Shown here in pieces: positions 1-9,416 of a DNA stretch of 32,150 nt. The position numbers and the translations under genes are program-made. The stretch's first letter is position 1; the number at the start of each line of letters is the position of its first letter. Where the stretch lies: the sequence record NC_049388.1. The stretch is one strand, 5' to 3'. Source of the DNA: Peduovirus P24C9. A model generated the notes under the pieces. That model searched no databases. It saw nothing but the letters and a program-made list of their open reading frames with translations, and was not told the DNA's origin.

Positions 1-142
1 TGCGCGCTGGCGGTGGTGCTGATTTTATTTTTTCAGCGTCTGAGCGCGTCGTGACGGCGCTTAGTCTGCCCGTTGAGGCGTTGGTGTGTCTGCGGGGTGT
101 TTTGTGCGGTGGTGAGCGTGTGAGGGCGTGATGACGGGGTGT

Positions 143-164
143 AAAAAAGCCGCCCGCAGGCGGC
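143..164 (-). terminator. Rho-independent terminator 3' of Q
   Basis: Perfect hairpin gccgcc-cgca-ggcggc (149-164) with an A6 run at 143-148, which is a U-tract after the stem on the minus-strand transcript; lies just beyond the Q stop at 170-172. Confidence 0.6.
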
Positions 165-169
165 GATGT

Positions 170-1204
170 TCAGCCGTTGTCAGTGTCCAGTGAGTAGTTT
201 TTAAAGTGGATGACCTCCTGACCGAGCCAGCCGTTTATTTCCCGAATCCTGTCCTGTAACGGGATAAGCTCATTGCGGACAAAGACCTTTGCCACTTTCT
301 CAATATCACCCAGCGACCCGACGTTCTCCGGCTTGCCGCCCATCAACTGAAAGGGGATGCGGTGCGCGTCCAGCAGGTCAGCGGCGCTGGCTTTTTTGAT
401 ATTAAAAAAATCGTCCTTCGTCGCCACTTCACTGAGGGGGATAATTTTAATGCCGTCGGCTTTCCCCTGCGGGGCATAGAGAAACAGATTTTTAAAGTTA
501 TTGCGGCCTTTCGACTTAACCATGTTTTCGCGAAGCATTTCGATATCGTTGCGATCCTGCACGGCATCGGTGACGTACATGATGTATCCGGCATGTGCGC
601 CATTTTCGTAATACTTGCGGCGGAACAGCGTGGCCGACTCATTCAGCCAGGCAGAGTTAAGGGCGCTGAGATATTCCGGCAGGCCGTACAGCTCCTGATT
701 AATATCCGGCTCCAGCAGGTGAAACACGGAGCCGGGCGCGAAAGGTGTCGGCTCATGGAAGGACGGCACCCACCAGTAAACATCCTCTTCCACGCCACGG
801 CGGGTATATTTTGCCGGTGAGGTTTCCAGTCTGATGACCTTACCGGTGGTGCTGTAACGCTTTTCCAGAAACGCATTACCGAACACCAGAAAATCCAGCA
901 CAAAGCGGCTGAAATCCTGCTGGGAAAGCCACGGATGCGGGATAAATGTCGAGGCCAGAATATTACGTTTGACGTAAATCGGTGAGCTGTGATGCACGGC
1001 AGCACGCAGGCTTTTTGCCAGACCGGTAAAGCTGACTGGCGGCTCATACCATCTGCCGTTACTGATGCACTCGACGTAATCCAGAATGTCACGGCGGTCG
1101 AGTACCGGCACCGGCTCACCAAAGGTGAACGCCTCCATTTTCGGGGCGCTGGCGGTCATTGTTTTTGCTGCAGGTTGCGGTGTTTTCCCTTTTTTCTTGC
1201 TCAT
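170..1204 (-). CDS. Q: Portal protein
   Basis: 344 aa ORF at the P2 Q position next to the cos end; length and sequence match my recollection of P2 gpQ; start shares ATGA with the P stop. Confidence 0.9.
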   Translation of the reverse strand: MSKKKGKTPQPAAKTMTASAPKMEAFTFGEPVPVLDRRDILDYVECISNGRWYEPPVSFTGLAKSLRAAVHHSSPIYVKRNILASTFIPHPWLSQQDFSRFVLDFLVFGNAFLEKRYSTTGKVIRLETSPAKYTRRGVEEDVYWWVPSFHEPTPFAPGSVFHLLEPDINQELYGLPEYLSALNSAWLNESATLFRRKYYENGAHAGYIMYVTDAVQDRNDIEMLRENMVKSKGRNNFKNLFLYAPQGKADGIKIIPLSEVATKDDFFNIKKASAADLLDAHRIPFQLMGGKPENVGSLGDIEKVAKVFVRNELIPLQDRIREINGWLGQEVIHFKNYSLDTDNG

Positions 1205-2976
1205 CAGTAAAACTCCAGAATGGTGGATGTCAGCGGGGTGCTGATACCGGCGGTGAGTGGCTCATTTAACAGGGCGTGCATGGTCGCCCAGGCGAGGTCG
1301 GCGTGGCTGGCTTCCTCGCTGCGACTGGCCTCATAGGTGGCGCTGCGTCCGCTGCTGGTCATGGTCTTTCGGATAGCCATAAACGAGCTGGTGATGTCGG
1401 TGGCGCTGACGTCATATTCCAGACAGCCACGGCGGATAACGTCTTTTGCCTTGAGCACCATTGCGGTTTTCATTTCCGGTGTGTAGCGGATATCGCGCGC
1501 GGCGGGATAGAACGAGCGCACGAGCTGGAACACGCCGACACCGAGGCCGGTGGCATCAATACCGATGTATTCGACGTTGTATTTTTCGGTGAGTTTGCGG
1601 ATGGATTCCGCCTGAGTGGCAAAGTCCATGCCTTTCCACTGGTGACGCTCAAGTATTCTGAATTTGCCACCGGCCACCACCGGTGGTGCCAGCACCACGC
1701 ATCCGGCGCTGTCGCCACGGTGTGACGGGTCGTAACCAATCCATACCGGGCGGGAGCCGAACGGATTGGCGGCAAACGGCGCATAGTCTTCCCATTCTTC
1801 CAGCGTGTCGACCATGCAGCGTTGCAGCTCCTCGAACGGGAACACCGACGCCTTGTCGTCAACAAATTCACACATGAACAGGTTTTTAAAATCGTCGGCG
1901 CTGTTTTCGCGTTTGAGCTGTTCAATGTCGAACAGCGTGCAGCCGCCTTTCAGGGCGTCCTCAATGGTGACAATCTGCCGCCACTGGCCGTCCGCACAGA
2001 GAAGCCCACCGGCAAGGGCGTTATGACTGACGTCGATTTCCACGCGTTCGGCGGCGCTGGCGCGTCCCCGGTTGAACAGTTCACCTGACCAGAACGGGTA
2101 GGCGTCGTGCGCCAGCGTGGACGGGGTGGAGAAATAGGTCGAGCGCAGGTGACTCTGTGAGGCCATACCTGATGCCACCTTACGCAGTACCTGAAAATTC
2201 GGGATCCAGAAAATCTCATCGACGTACAGGTCGCCGTTATGGCTCTGTGCGGTGTTGGAGTTGGTGCCGAGAAAAATCAGTTTTGCACCGTTATTGCCCA
2301 GGACAATCGGGTCACCGGTCAGGTCAACGTCAACCAGCCGGGCAAAGGCAATGATGTATTCGCGGAACACATACGCCTGCGTTTTACTGGCCGACAGAAA
2401 AATCTGGTTATGACCGGTTTTCAGGGCGCGCAGCAGCGCCTCGCGGGAAAAATAAAACGTCGCGCCAATCTGGCGGGATTTCAGGATATCGCGGATGCGG
2501 TGCTCAAGCCCGGCGCGATACCAGTGCAACTGATAGTCGAAAGACTGCTCAAAGAAAATCTGCTCCAGCTTTTCGATGGCCTCGTCACTGAAAAAATTCT
2601 TTTTCGGTTTGCGCCGCCCGCTTTTGTTGCGGTTAGCGACGTTCGGATTAAGGTCTGCCTCGCTGCCGGTCTGGCTGTAACGATTTACCCGTGCCAGTCG
2701 TTCAATCTGGCGTCCCAGCAGGTCAATTTCCTTGAAGTCACCGCCGGTTTTCTGCGGTTTGATGATGAGCTGGGTCAGCCGCGCTTCCAGGCTCATTTCG
2801 ACACGGCTGATGGGGGCAACGTTGTCCCAGCCGTCGCGCTGTTTCCAGCTCTGCACTGTCGGGCGTTTCATCTGCAACATGGCGGCAATCTGCGGCACGG
2901 AAAACCCCTGCCAGTACAGCAGCGCCGCCTGACGACGCGGGTCGTGTAAAAGAGTGGTGTCTGTGGTGATGGTCAT
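1204..2976 (-). CDS. P: Terminase large (ATPase) subunit
   Basis: ORF track gives 600 aa from 3006; I place the start at the internal Met (MTITTDTTLLHDP..., 2976), giving 590 aa as in P2 gpP; divergent from O. Confidence 0.85.
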   Translation of the reverse strand: MTITTDTTLLHDPRRQAALLYWQGFSVPQIAAMLQMKRPTVQSWKQRDGWDNVAPISRVEMSLEARLTQLIIKPQKTGGDFKEIDLLGRQIERLARVNRYSQTGSEADLNPNVANRNKSGRRKPKKNFFSDEAIEKLEQIFFEQSFDYQLHWYRAGLEHRIRDILKSRQIGATFYFSREALLRALKTGHNQIFLSASKTQAYVFREYIIAFARLVDVDLTGDPIVLGNNGAKLIFLGTNSNTAQSHNGDLYVDEIFWIPNFQVLRKVASGMASQSHLRSTYFSTPSTLAHDAYPFWSGELFNRGRASAAERVEIDVSHNALAGGLLCADGQWRQIVTIEDALKGGCTLFDIEQLKRENSADDFKNLFMCEFVDDKASVFPFEELQRCMVDTLEEWEDYAPFAANPFGSRPVWIGYDPSHRGDSAGCVVLAPPVVAGGKFRILERHQWKGMDFATQAESIRKLTEKYNVEYIGIDATGLGVGVFQLVRSFYPAARDIRYTPEMKTAMVLKAKDVIRRGCLEYDVSATDITSSFMAIRKTMTSSGRSATYEASRSEEASHADLAWATMHALLNEPLTAGISTPLTSTILEFY

Positions 2977-3149
2977 GAATACCTCGCCGTGATGAATACA
3001 CGGCAAGGCTACTGAGTCGCGCCCCGCGATTCGCTAAGGTGCTGTTGTGTCAGTGATAAGCCATCCGGGACTGATGGCGGAGGATGCGCATCGTCGGGAA
3101 ACTGATGCCGACATGTGACTCCTCTAATCACTATTCAGGACTCCTGACA
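2977..3149. promoter_or_regulatory. Divergent P/O intergenic region, expected to hold Ogr-dependent late promoters
   Basis: Non-coding gap between divergently oriented P and O; in P2 this carries the late promoters. I could not find a clean TGT-N12-ACA dyad by eye. Confidence 0.45.
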
Positions 3150-4004
3150 ATGGCAAAAAAAGTCTCAAAATTCTTTCGTATCGGCGTTGAGGGTGACACC
3201 TGTGACGGGCGTGTCATCAGTGCGCAGGATATTCAGGAAATGGCCGAAACCTTTGACCCGCGTGTCTATGGTTGCCGCATTAACCTGGAACATCTGCGCG
3301 GCATCCTGCCTGACGGTATTTTTAAGCGTTATGGCGATGTGGTCGAACTGAAGGCCGAAAAGATTGACGATGATTCGGCGCTGAAAGGCAAATGGGCGCT
3401 GTTTGCGAAAATCACCCCGACCGATGACCTTATCGCGATGAACAAGGCCGCGCAGAAGGTCTATACCTCAATGGAAATTCAGCCGAACTTTGCCAATACC
3501 GGCAAATGTTATCTGGTGGGTCTGGCCGTCACCGATGACCCGGCAAGCCTCGGCACGGAATACCTGGAATTCTGCCGCACGGCAAAACACAACCCTCTGA
3601 ACCGCTTCAAATTAAGCCCTGAAAACCTGATTTCAGTGGCAACGCCTGTTGAGCTGGAATTTGAAGACCTGCCTGAAACCGTGTTCACAGCCCTGACCGA
3701 AAAGGTGAAATCCATTTTTGGCCGCAAACAGGCCAGCGATGACGCCCGTCTGAATGACGTGCATGAAGCGGTGACCGCTGTCGCTGAGCATGTGCAGGAA
3801 AAACTGAGCGCCACTGAGCAGCGCCTTGCTGAGATGGAAACCGCCTTTTCCGCACTTAAGCAGGATGTGACTGACAGGGCGGATGAAACCAGCCAGGCAT
3901 TCACCCGCCTGAAAAACAGCCTCGACCACACCGAAAGTCTGACCCAGCAGCGCCGCAGCAAGGCCACCGGCGGTGGCGGTGATGCCCTGATGACGAACTG
4001 CTGA
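3150..4004 (+). CDS. O: Capsid scaffolding protein
   Basis: Start placed at internal ATG 3150 (MAKKVSKFFRIG...), giving 284 aa as in P2 gpO; the ORF track extends upstream to 3084. Confidence 0.85.
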   Translation: MAKKVSKFFRIGVEGDTCDGRVISAQDIQEMAETFDPRVYGCRINLEHLRGILPDGIFKRYGDVVELKAEKIDDDSALKGKWALFAKITPTDDLIAMNKAAQKVYTSMEIQPNFANTGKCYLVGLAVTDDPASLGTEYLEFCRTAKHNPLNRFKLSPENLISVATPVELEFEDLPETVFTALTEKVKSIFGRKQASDDARLNDVHEAVTAVAEHVQEKLSATEQRLAEMETAFSALKQDVTDRADETSQAFTRLKNSLDHTESLTQQRRSKATGGGGDALMTNC

Positions 4005-4062
4005 CCGTCGTCAGTCAGTCCGGGAAAACCTTCACGATTAACCCTTAATTTCAGGAAAAACT

Positions 4063-5136
4063 ATGCGCCAGGAAACCCGCTTTAAATTTAATGCCTACCT
4101 GTCCCGTGTTGCCGAACTGAACGGCATCGACGCCGGTGATGTGTCGAAAAAATTCACCGTTGAACCGTCGGTCACCCAGACCCTGATGAACACCATGCAG
4201 GAGTCCTCTGACTTTCTGACCCGCATCAATATTGTGCCGGTCAGCGAAATGAAAGGGGAAAAAATTGGCATCGGTGTCACCGGCTCCATCGCCAGCACCA
4301 CCGACACCGCCGGTGGCACCGAGCGTCAGCCGAAGGACTTCTCGAAGCTGGCGTCAAACAAGTACGAATGCGACCAGATTAACTTCGATTTTTATATCCG
4401 CTACAAAACGCTGGACCTGTGGGCGCGTTATCAGGATTTCCAGCTCCGTGTCCGTAACGCCATTATCAAACGCCAGTCCCTTGATTTAATCATGGTCGGT
4501 TTTAACGGCGTGAGGCGTGCCGAAACCTCTGACCGCAACAGTAATCCGATGCTGCAGGATGTGGCGGTCGGCTGGCTGCAGAAATACCGCAATGAAGCCC
4601 CGGCGCGCGTGATGAGCAAGGTCACTGACGAGGAAGGGCACACCACCTCTGAGGTTATCCGCGTGGGTAAGGGCGGTGATTATGCCAGCCTTGACGCACT
4701 GGTGATGGATGCGACCAACAACCTGATTGAGCCGTGGTATCAGGAAGACCCTGACCTTGTGGTGATTGTGGGACGTCAGCTACTGGCGGACAAGTATTTT
4801 CCCATCGTCAACAAGGAGCAGGACAACAGCGAAATGCTGGCCGCTGACGTCATCATCAGCCAGAAACGCATCGGTAACCTGCCGGCGGTACGCGTCCCGT
4901 ACTTCCCGGCGGATGCGATGCTCATCACAAAGCTGGAAAACCTGTCCATCTACTACATGGATGACAGCCATCGCCGCGTGATTGAGGAAAACCCGAAACT
5001 CGACCGCGTGGAGAACTACGAGTCAATGAACATTGATTACGTGGTGGAAGACTACGCCGCCGGTTGTCTGGTGGAAAAAATTAAGGTCGGTGATTTCTCC
5101 ACACTGGCTAAAGCGACCGCAGAGCCGGGAGCGTAA
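4063..5136 (+). CDS. N: Major capsid protein
   Basis: 357 aa ORF following O; length and position match P2 gpN. Confidence 0.9.
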   Translation: MRQETRFKFNAYLSRVAELNGIDAGDVSKKFTVEPSVTQTLMNTMQESSDFLTRINIVPVSEMKGEKIGIGVTGSIASTTDTAGGTERQPKDFSKLASNKYECDQINFDFYIRYKTLDLWARYQDFQLRVRNAIIKRQSLDLIMVGFNGVRRAETSDRNSNPMLQDVAVGWLQKYRNEAPARVMSKVTDEEGHTTSEVIRVGKGGDYASLDALVMDATNNLIEPWYQEDPDLVVIVGRQLLADKYFPIVNKEQDNSEMLAADVIISQKRIGNLPAVRVPYFPADAMLITKLENLSIYYMDDSHRRVIEENPKLDRVENYESMNIDYVVEDYAAGCLVEKIKVGDFSTLAKATAEPGA

Positions 5137-5139
5137 CCG

Positions 5140-5883
5140 ATGACGAGTCCCGCACAGCGCCACATGATGCGGGTCTCGGCAGCGATGACCGCGCAGCGGG
5201 AAGCCGCCCCGCTGCGACATGCAACTGTCTATGAGCAGATGCTGGTTAAGCTCGCCGCAGACCAGCGCACACTGAAAGCGATTTATTCAAAAGAGCTGAA
5301 GGCCGCGAAAAAACGCGAACTGCTGCCGTTCTGGTTGCCGTGGGTGAACGGCGTGCTGGAGCAGGGCAAAGGTGCACAGGATGACATTCTGATGACGGTC
5401 ATGCTGTGGCGTCTGGATACCGGCGATATTGCCGGTGCGCTGGAGATTGCCCGTTATGCCCTGAAGTACGGTCTGACCATGCCGGGTAAACACCGCCGCC
5501 CCCCGCCGTACATGTTCACCGAGGAGGTGGCGCTCGCGGCCATGCGCGCCCACGCTGCCGGTGAGTCTGTGGATACCCGCCTGCTGACGGAGACCCTTGA
5601 ACTGACCGCCACGGCTGACATGCCTGATGAAGTGCGCGCAAAGCTGCACAAAATCACCGGTCTGTTTCTGCGTGACGGTGGTGATGCCGCCGGTGCGCTG
5701 GCGCACCTGCAACGTGCGACACAGCTCGACTGTCAGGCAGGCGTCAAAAAAGAGATTGAACGACTGGAGCGGGAGCTGAAACCGAAGCCGGAGCCGCAGC
5801 CCAAAGCGGCCACCCGCGCCCCGCGTAAGACCCGGAGCGTGACACCGGCAAAACGTGGACGCCCGAAAAAGAAAGCCAGTTAA
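5140..5883 (+). CDS. M: Terminase small (endonuclease) subunit
   Basis: 247 aa ORF 3 nt after N, as in P2 gpM; basic Lys/Arg-rich C-terminus. Confidence 0.85.
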   Translation: MTSPAQRHMMRVSAAMTAQREAAPLRHATVYEQMLVKLAADQRTLKAIYSKELKAAKKRELLPFWLPWVNGVLEQGKGAQDDILMTVMLWRLDTGDIAGALEIARYALKYGLTMPGKHRRPPPYMFTEEVALAAMRAHAAGESVDTRLLTETLELTATADMPDEVRAKLHKITGLFLRDGGDAAGALAHLQRATQLDCQAGVKKEIERLERELKPKPEPQPKAATRAPRKTRSVTPAKRGRPKKKAS

Positions 5884-5982
5884 CAACCGAATGCGCCCCG
5901 CGCCAGGGCGGCACGCCGGTCAGTGAGGGTGAATCACCTGACACTGCACCGGCGTCCACCGCCCGACTTTTCAGAGGTAGTC

Positions 5983-6492
5983 ATGATGACGCTGATTATT
6001 CCGCGAAAGGAGGCTCCCGTGTCCGGTGAGGGTACGGTGGTCATCCCGCAACCGGCAGGCGACGAGCCGGTGATTAAAAACACGTTCTTTTTTCCCGATA
6101 TCGACCCGAAGCGCGTCCGGGAACGTATGCGCCTTGAGCAGACCGTCGCCCCCGCCCGTCTGCGTGAGGCCATCAAGTCAGGCATGGCGGAAACAAATGC
6201 GGAGCTGTACGAGTACCGCGAACAGAAAATTGCCGCCGGTTTTACGCGTCTGGCGGACGTTCCGGCGGACGATATCGACGGTGAAAGTATCAAAGTTTTT
6301 TACTACGAGCGCGCCGTGTGTGCGATGGCGACCGCGTCGCTTTATGAGCGTTACCGCGGCGTGGATGCCAGTGCGAAAGGCGACAAGAAGGCCGACAGCA
6401 TTGACAGCACCATTGATGAGCTGTGGCGGGATATGCGCTGGGCAGTGGCGCGCATCCAGGACAAGCCGCGCTGCATCGTGAGTCAAATCTGA
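5983..6492 (+). CDS. L: Head completion/stabilisation protein
   Basis: Start placed at ATG 5983 (MMTLIIPRKE...) after a GAGG ribosome-binding site, giving 169 aa as in P2 gpL; stop overlaps the X start. Confidence 0.8.
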   Translation: MMTLIIPRKEAPVSGEGTVVIPQPAGDEPVIKNTFFFPDIDPKRVRERMRLEQTVAPARLREAIKSGMAETNAELYEYREQKIAAGFTRLADVPADDIDGESIKVFYYERAVCAMATASLYERYRGVDASAKGDKKADSIDSTIDELWRDMRWAVARIQDKPRCIVSQI

Positions 6493-6695
6493 TGAAGACC
6501 TTTGCGCTACAGGGCGACACGCTCGACGCCATTTGTGTCCGGTATTACGGGCGCACTGAGGGCGTGGTTGAGACCGTGCTCGCCGCAAATCCGGGACTGG
6601 CTGAACTGGGTGCGGTGCTGCCACATGGCTCCGCCGTCGAACTGCCCGACGTTCAGACCGCGCCCGTGGCTGAAACTGTCAATCTGTGGGAGTAA
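6492..6695 (+). CDS. X: Tail protein X
   Basis: 67 aa from internal ATG 6492 (MKTFALQGDTLDAICVRYYG...), in the P2 X position between L and the holin; ORF track extends upstream to 6423. Confidence 0.8.
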   Translation: MKTFALQGDTLDAICVRYYGRTEGVVETVLAANPGLAELGAVLPHGSAVELPDVQTAPVAETVNLWE

Positions 6696-6698
6696 CGC

Positions 6699-6980
6699 AT
6701 GACAGCAGAAGAAAAAAGCGTCCTGTCGCTTTTCATGATTGGGGTGCTGATTGTTGTCGGCAAGGTGCTTGCCGGTGGTGAACCCATCACCCCGCGTCTG
6801 TTTATCGGGCGCATGTTGCTCGGTGGTTTTGTCTCGATGGTTGCCGGTGTTGTTCTGGTGCAGTTTCCTGACCTGTCACTGCCTGCGGTGTGCGGCATCG
6901 GCTCCATGCTGGGTATCGCCGGTTATCAGGTGATTGAGATTGCCATTCAGCGCCGCTTTAAGGGCAGGGGGAAACCGTAA
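6699..6980 (+). CDS. Y: Holin
   Basis: 93 aa protein with hydrophobic membrane-spanning segments and a charged C-terminus, directly upstream of the endolysin. Confidence 0.85.
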   Translation: MTAEEKSVLSLFMIGVLIVVGKVLAGGEPITPRLFIGRMLLGGFVSMVAGVVLVQFPDLSLPAVCGIGSMLGIAGYQVIEIAIQRRFKGRGKP

Positions 6981-7477
6981 TGCCGGTAATTAACACGCAT
7001 CAGAATATCGCCGCCTTTCTCGACATGCTGGCAGTGTCCGAAGGGACGGCGAACCATCCGCTGACGAAAAACCGGGGCTATGACGTGATAGTCACCGGAC
7101 TGGACGGAAAGCCGGAAATTTTCACCGACTACAGTGACCACCCGTTCGCGCATGGCCGACCGGCGAAGGTGTTTAACCGTCGCGGTGAAAAATCCACGGC
7201 CTCCGGTCGCTATCAGCAGCTTTACCTGTTCTGGCCGCATTACCGCAAACAGCTTGCCCTGCCGGATTTCAGTCCGTTGTCACAGGACAGACTTGCCATT
7301 CAGTTGATCCGCGAACGCGGTGCACTGGATGACGTCCGGGCGGGACGTATTGAGCGCGCCATTTCACGCTGTCGCAATATCTGGGCGTCCCTGCCGGGTG
7401 CCGGTTACGGTCAGCGTGAGCATTCACTGGAAAAACTGGTCACCGTCTGGCGTACCGCTGGCGGCGTACCGGCTTAA
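6980..7477 (+). CDS. K: Endolysin
   Basis: 165 aa at the P2 K position after the holin; sequence matches my recollection of P2 gpK. Confidence 0.85.
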   Translation: MPVINTHQNIAAFLDMLAVSEGTANHPLTKNRGYDVIVTGLDGKPEIFTDYSDHPFAHGRPAKVFNRRGEKSTASGRYQQLYLFWPHYRKQLALPDFSPLSQDRLAIQLIRERGALDDVRAGRIERAISRCRNIWASLPGAGYGQREHSLEKLVTVWRTAGGVPA

Positions 7478-7491
7478 ACGGAGTAAACACC

Positions 7492-7917
7492 ATGAAGAAA
7501 TTATCCCTTTCACTGATGCTGAACGTGTCGCTGGCGCTGATGCTGGCACTGTCCCTGATTTACCCGCAGAGCGTGGCCGTCAGTTTTGTCGCCACCTGGG
7601 CGATTCTGGCGACGGTTATCTGTGTGGTTGCCGGTGGTGTCGGCGTGTATGCCACGGAGTATGTGCTGGAACGCTACGGGCGGGAGCTGCCGCCGGAATC
7701 GCTGGCCGTGAAGATTGTCACGTCGCTGTTTTTGCAGCCGGTGCCGTGGCGCAGACGGGCGGCGGCTCTGGTGGTGATGGTGGCGACGTTTATCTCGCTG
7801 GTCGCTGCCGGGTGGATTTTTACCGCGCTGATTTATCTTGTGGCGTCGCTGTTTTTCCGGCTGATACGTAAAGCCTGTCGTCAGCGTCTTGAGGGGCGGG
7901 AACTATGTCAAAGCTGA
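7492..7917 (+). CDS. lysA: Lysis-timing membrane protein LysA
   Basis: 141 aa, strongly hydrophobic with several predicted membrane helices, between the endolysin and the spanin genes. Confidence 0.75.
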   Translation: MKKLSLSLMLNVSLALMLALSLIYPQSVAVSFVATWAILATVICVVAGGVGVYATEYVLERYGRELPPESLAVKIVTSLFLQPVPWRRRAAALVVMVATFISLVAAGWIFTALIYLVASLFFRLIRKACRQRLEGRELCQS

Positions 7918-8330
7918 TGATTGTGCTGGTCGTGTTGTTATCGCTGGCGGTGGCCGGTCTGTTTCTGGTGAAACATAAAAATGCCAGCCTGCGCGCCTCG
8001 CTGGACAGGGCGAACAACGTCGCCAGTGAACAGCAGACGACCATCACCATGCTGAAAAACCAGCTTCATGTTGCCCTTACCAGGGCAGACAAAAACGAGC
8101 TGGCGCAGGTGGCACTGCGTCAGGAACTGGAGAACGCCGCGAAACGTGAAGCACAGCGCGAGAAAACCATCACGAGGTTACTTAATGAAAACGAGGATTT
8201 TCGCCGCTGGTATGGCGCTGACCTGCCTGATGCTGTGCGCCGGTTGCACCAGCGTCCGGCCTGCACTGACGCCAGTGATTGTCGCCAACGCCTGCCCGAA
8301 AGTGAGCCTTTGCCCGATGCCGGGCAGTGA
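7905..8330 (+). CDS. lysB: Inner-membrane spanin component (Rz-like) LysB
   Basis: 141 aa with an N-terminal membrane anchor (MSKLMIVLVVLLSLAVAGLFLV) followed by a charged helical region; P2 lysB position. Confidence 0.8.
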   Translation: MSKLMIVLVVLLSLAVAGLFLVKHKNASLRASLDRANNVASEQQTTITMLKNQLHVALTRADKNELAQVALRQELENAAKREAQREKTITRLLNENEDFRRWYGADLPDAVRRLHQRPACTDASDCRQRLPESEPLPDAGQ

Positions 8331-8475
8331 CCCGCAGACGAACGGCGATTTAAGTGCCGATATCCGGCAGCTTGAGAACGCGCTGGCACGCTGTGCCAGC
8401 CAGGTAAAAATGATTAAACACTGTCAGGACGAAAACGATGCTCAAACCCGACAGCCTGCGCAGGGCGCTGACTGA
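8185..8475 (+). CDS. lysC: Outer-membrane lipoprotein spanin component (Rz1-like) LysC
   Basis: Internal ATG at 8185 in the +1 frame relative to lysB; N-terminus MKTRIFAAGMALTCLMLCAGC looks like a lipoprotein signal with lipobox Cys; extends past the lysB stop into the start of R. Confidence 0.7.
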   Translation: MKTRIFAAGMALTCLMLCAGCTSVRPALTPVIVANACPKVSLCPMPGSDPQTNGDLSADIRQLENALARCASQVKMIKHCQDENDAQTRQPAQGAD

Positions 8476-8905
8476 TGCCGTCACGGTGCTGAAAACTAAC
8501 CCCGATATGCTGCGGATATTCGTGGATAACGGGAGTATTGCCTCCACACTGGCGACGTCGCTGTCATTCGAAAAGCGTTACACGCTCAATGTCATTGTGA
8601 CCGACTTTACCGGTGATTTTGACCTGCTCATCGTGCCGGTGCTGGCGTGGCTGCGGGAAAATCAGCCCGACATCATGACCACCGACGAAGGCCAGAAAAA
8701 GGGCTTCACGTTTTATGCGGACATCAACAATGACAGCAGCTTTGATATCAGCATCAGCCTGATGCTGACCGAGCGCACGCTGGTCAGTGAGGTGGACGGC
8801 GCACTGCATGTGAAGAATATCCCGGAACCTCCGCCGCCGGAGCCGGTCACCCGCCCGATGGAGCTTTATATCAATGGCGAACTGGTGAGCAAGTGGGATG
8901 AATGA
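8438..8905 (+). CDS. R: Tail completion protein R
   Basis: 155 aa ORF in the P2 R position with matching length. Confidence 0.8.
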   Translation: MLKPDSLRRALTDAVTVLKTNPDMLRIFVDNGSIASTLATSLSFEKRYTLNVIVTDFTGDFDLLIVPVLAWLRENQPDIMTTDEGQKKGFTFYADINNDSSFDISISLMLTERTLVSEVDGALHVKNIPEPPPPEPVTRPMELYINGELVSKWDE

Positions 8906-9350
8906 GTTTAAGCGTTTTGAAGACCGGCTGACCGGGCTGATTGAATCACTGTCACCATCAGGGCGTCGGCGACTGAGCACCGAACTGGCGAAACATCTGC
9001 GGCAGAGTCAGCAGCGCCGGGTGATGGCACAGAAAGCCCCGGACGGCACACCCTACGCACCACGCCAGCAGCAGAGCGCCAGAAAAAAGACCGGTCGTGT
9101 TAAGCGAAAAATGTTTGCGAAACTTATCACCAGTCGTTTTTTGCATATCCGCGCCAGCCCGGAACAGGCATCAATGGAATTTTACGGCGGGAAGTCACCG
9201 AAAATCGCCAGCGTGCATCATTTCGGTCTGTCGGAAGAAAACCGGAAAGACGGTAAGAAAATTGATTATCCGGCGCGTCCTCTGCTCGGCTTTACCGGTG
9301 AGGATGTGCAGATGATTGAAGAGATTATCCTGGCTCACCTCGACCGTTAG
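8898..9350 (+). CDS. S: Tail completion protein S
   Basis: 150 aa ORF overlapping the R stop; P2 S position and length. Confidence 0.8.
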   Translation: MNEFKRFEDRLTGLIESLSPSGRRRLSTELAKHLRQSQQRRVMAQKAPDGTPYAPRQQQSARKKTGRVKRKMFAKLITSRFLHIRASPEQASMEFYGGKSPKIASVHHFGLSEENRKDGKKIDYPARPLLGFTGEDVQMIEEIILAHLDR

Positions 9351-9416
9351 TTGTGCCATTCCCGACACCTCATCGTTACATTGCCGCCGGTATGACCCGG
9401 CGGCATCCTTCCCGTT

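Noticed and set aside
343-1122. Antisense and alternative-frame ORFs of 99-159 aa overlapping Q (343..642, 643..1122, 362..820)
   Set aside because: They lie entirely inside a well-supported conserved gene on the opposite strand or another frame; long spurious ORFs are expected in GC-rich coding DNA and they have no start context or motif.
1276-2949. Multiple ORFs of 64-236 aa overlapping P in other frames or strands
   Set aside because: Shadow ORFs of the terminase gene; no independent support.
3084-3149. Upstream extension of O from the ORF-track start
   Set aside because: The P2-like N-terminus MAKKVSKF begins at 3150 with a better-placed ribosome-binding site; the extension would run into the divergent promoter region.
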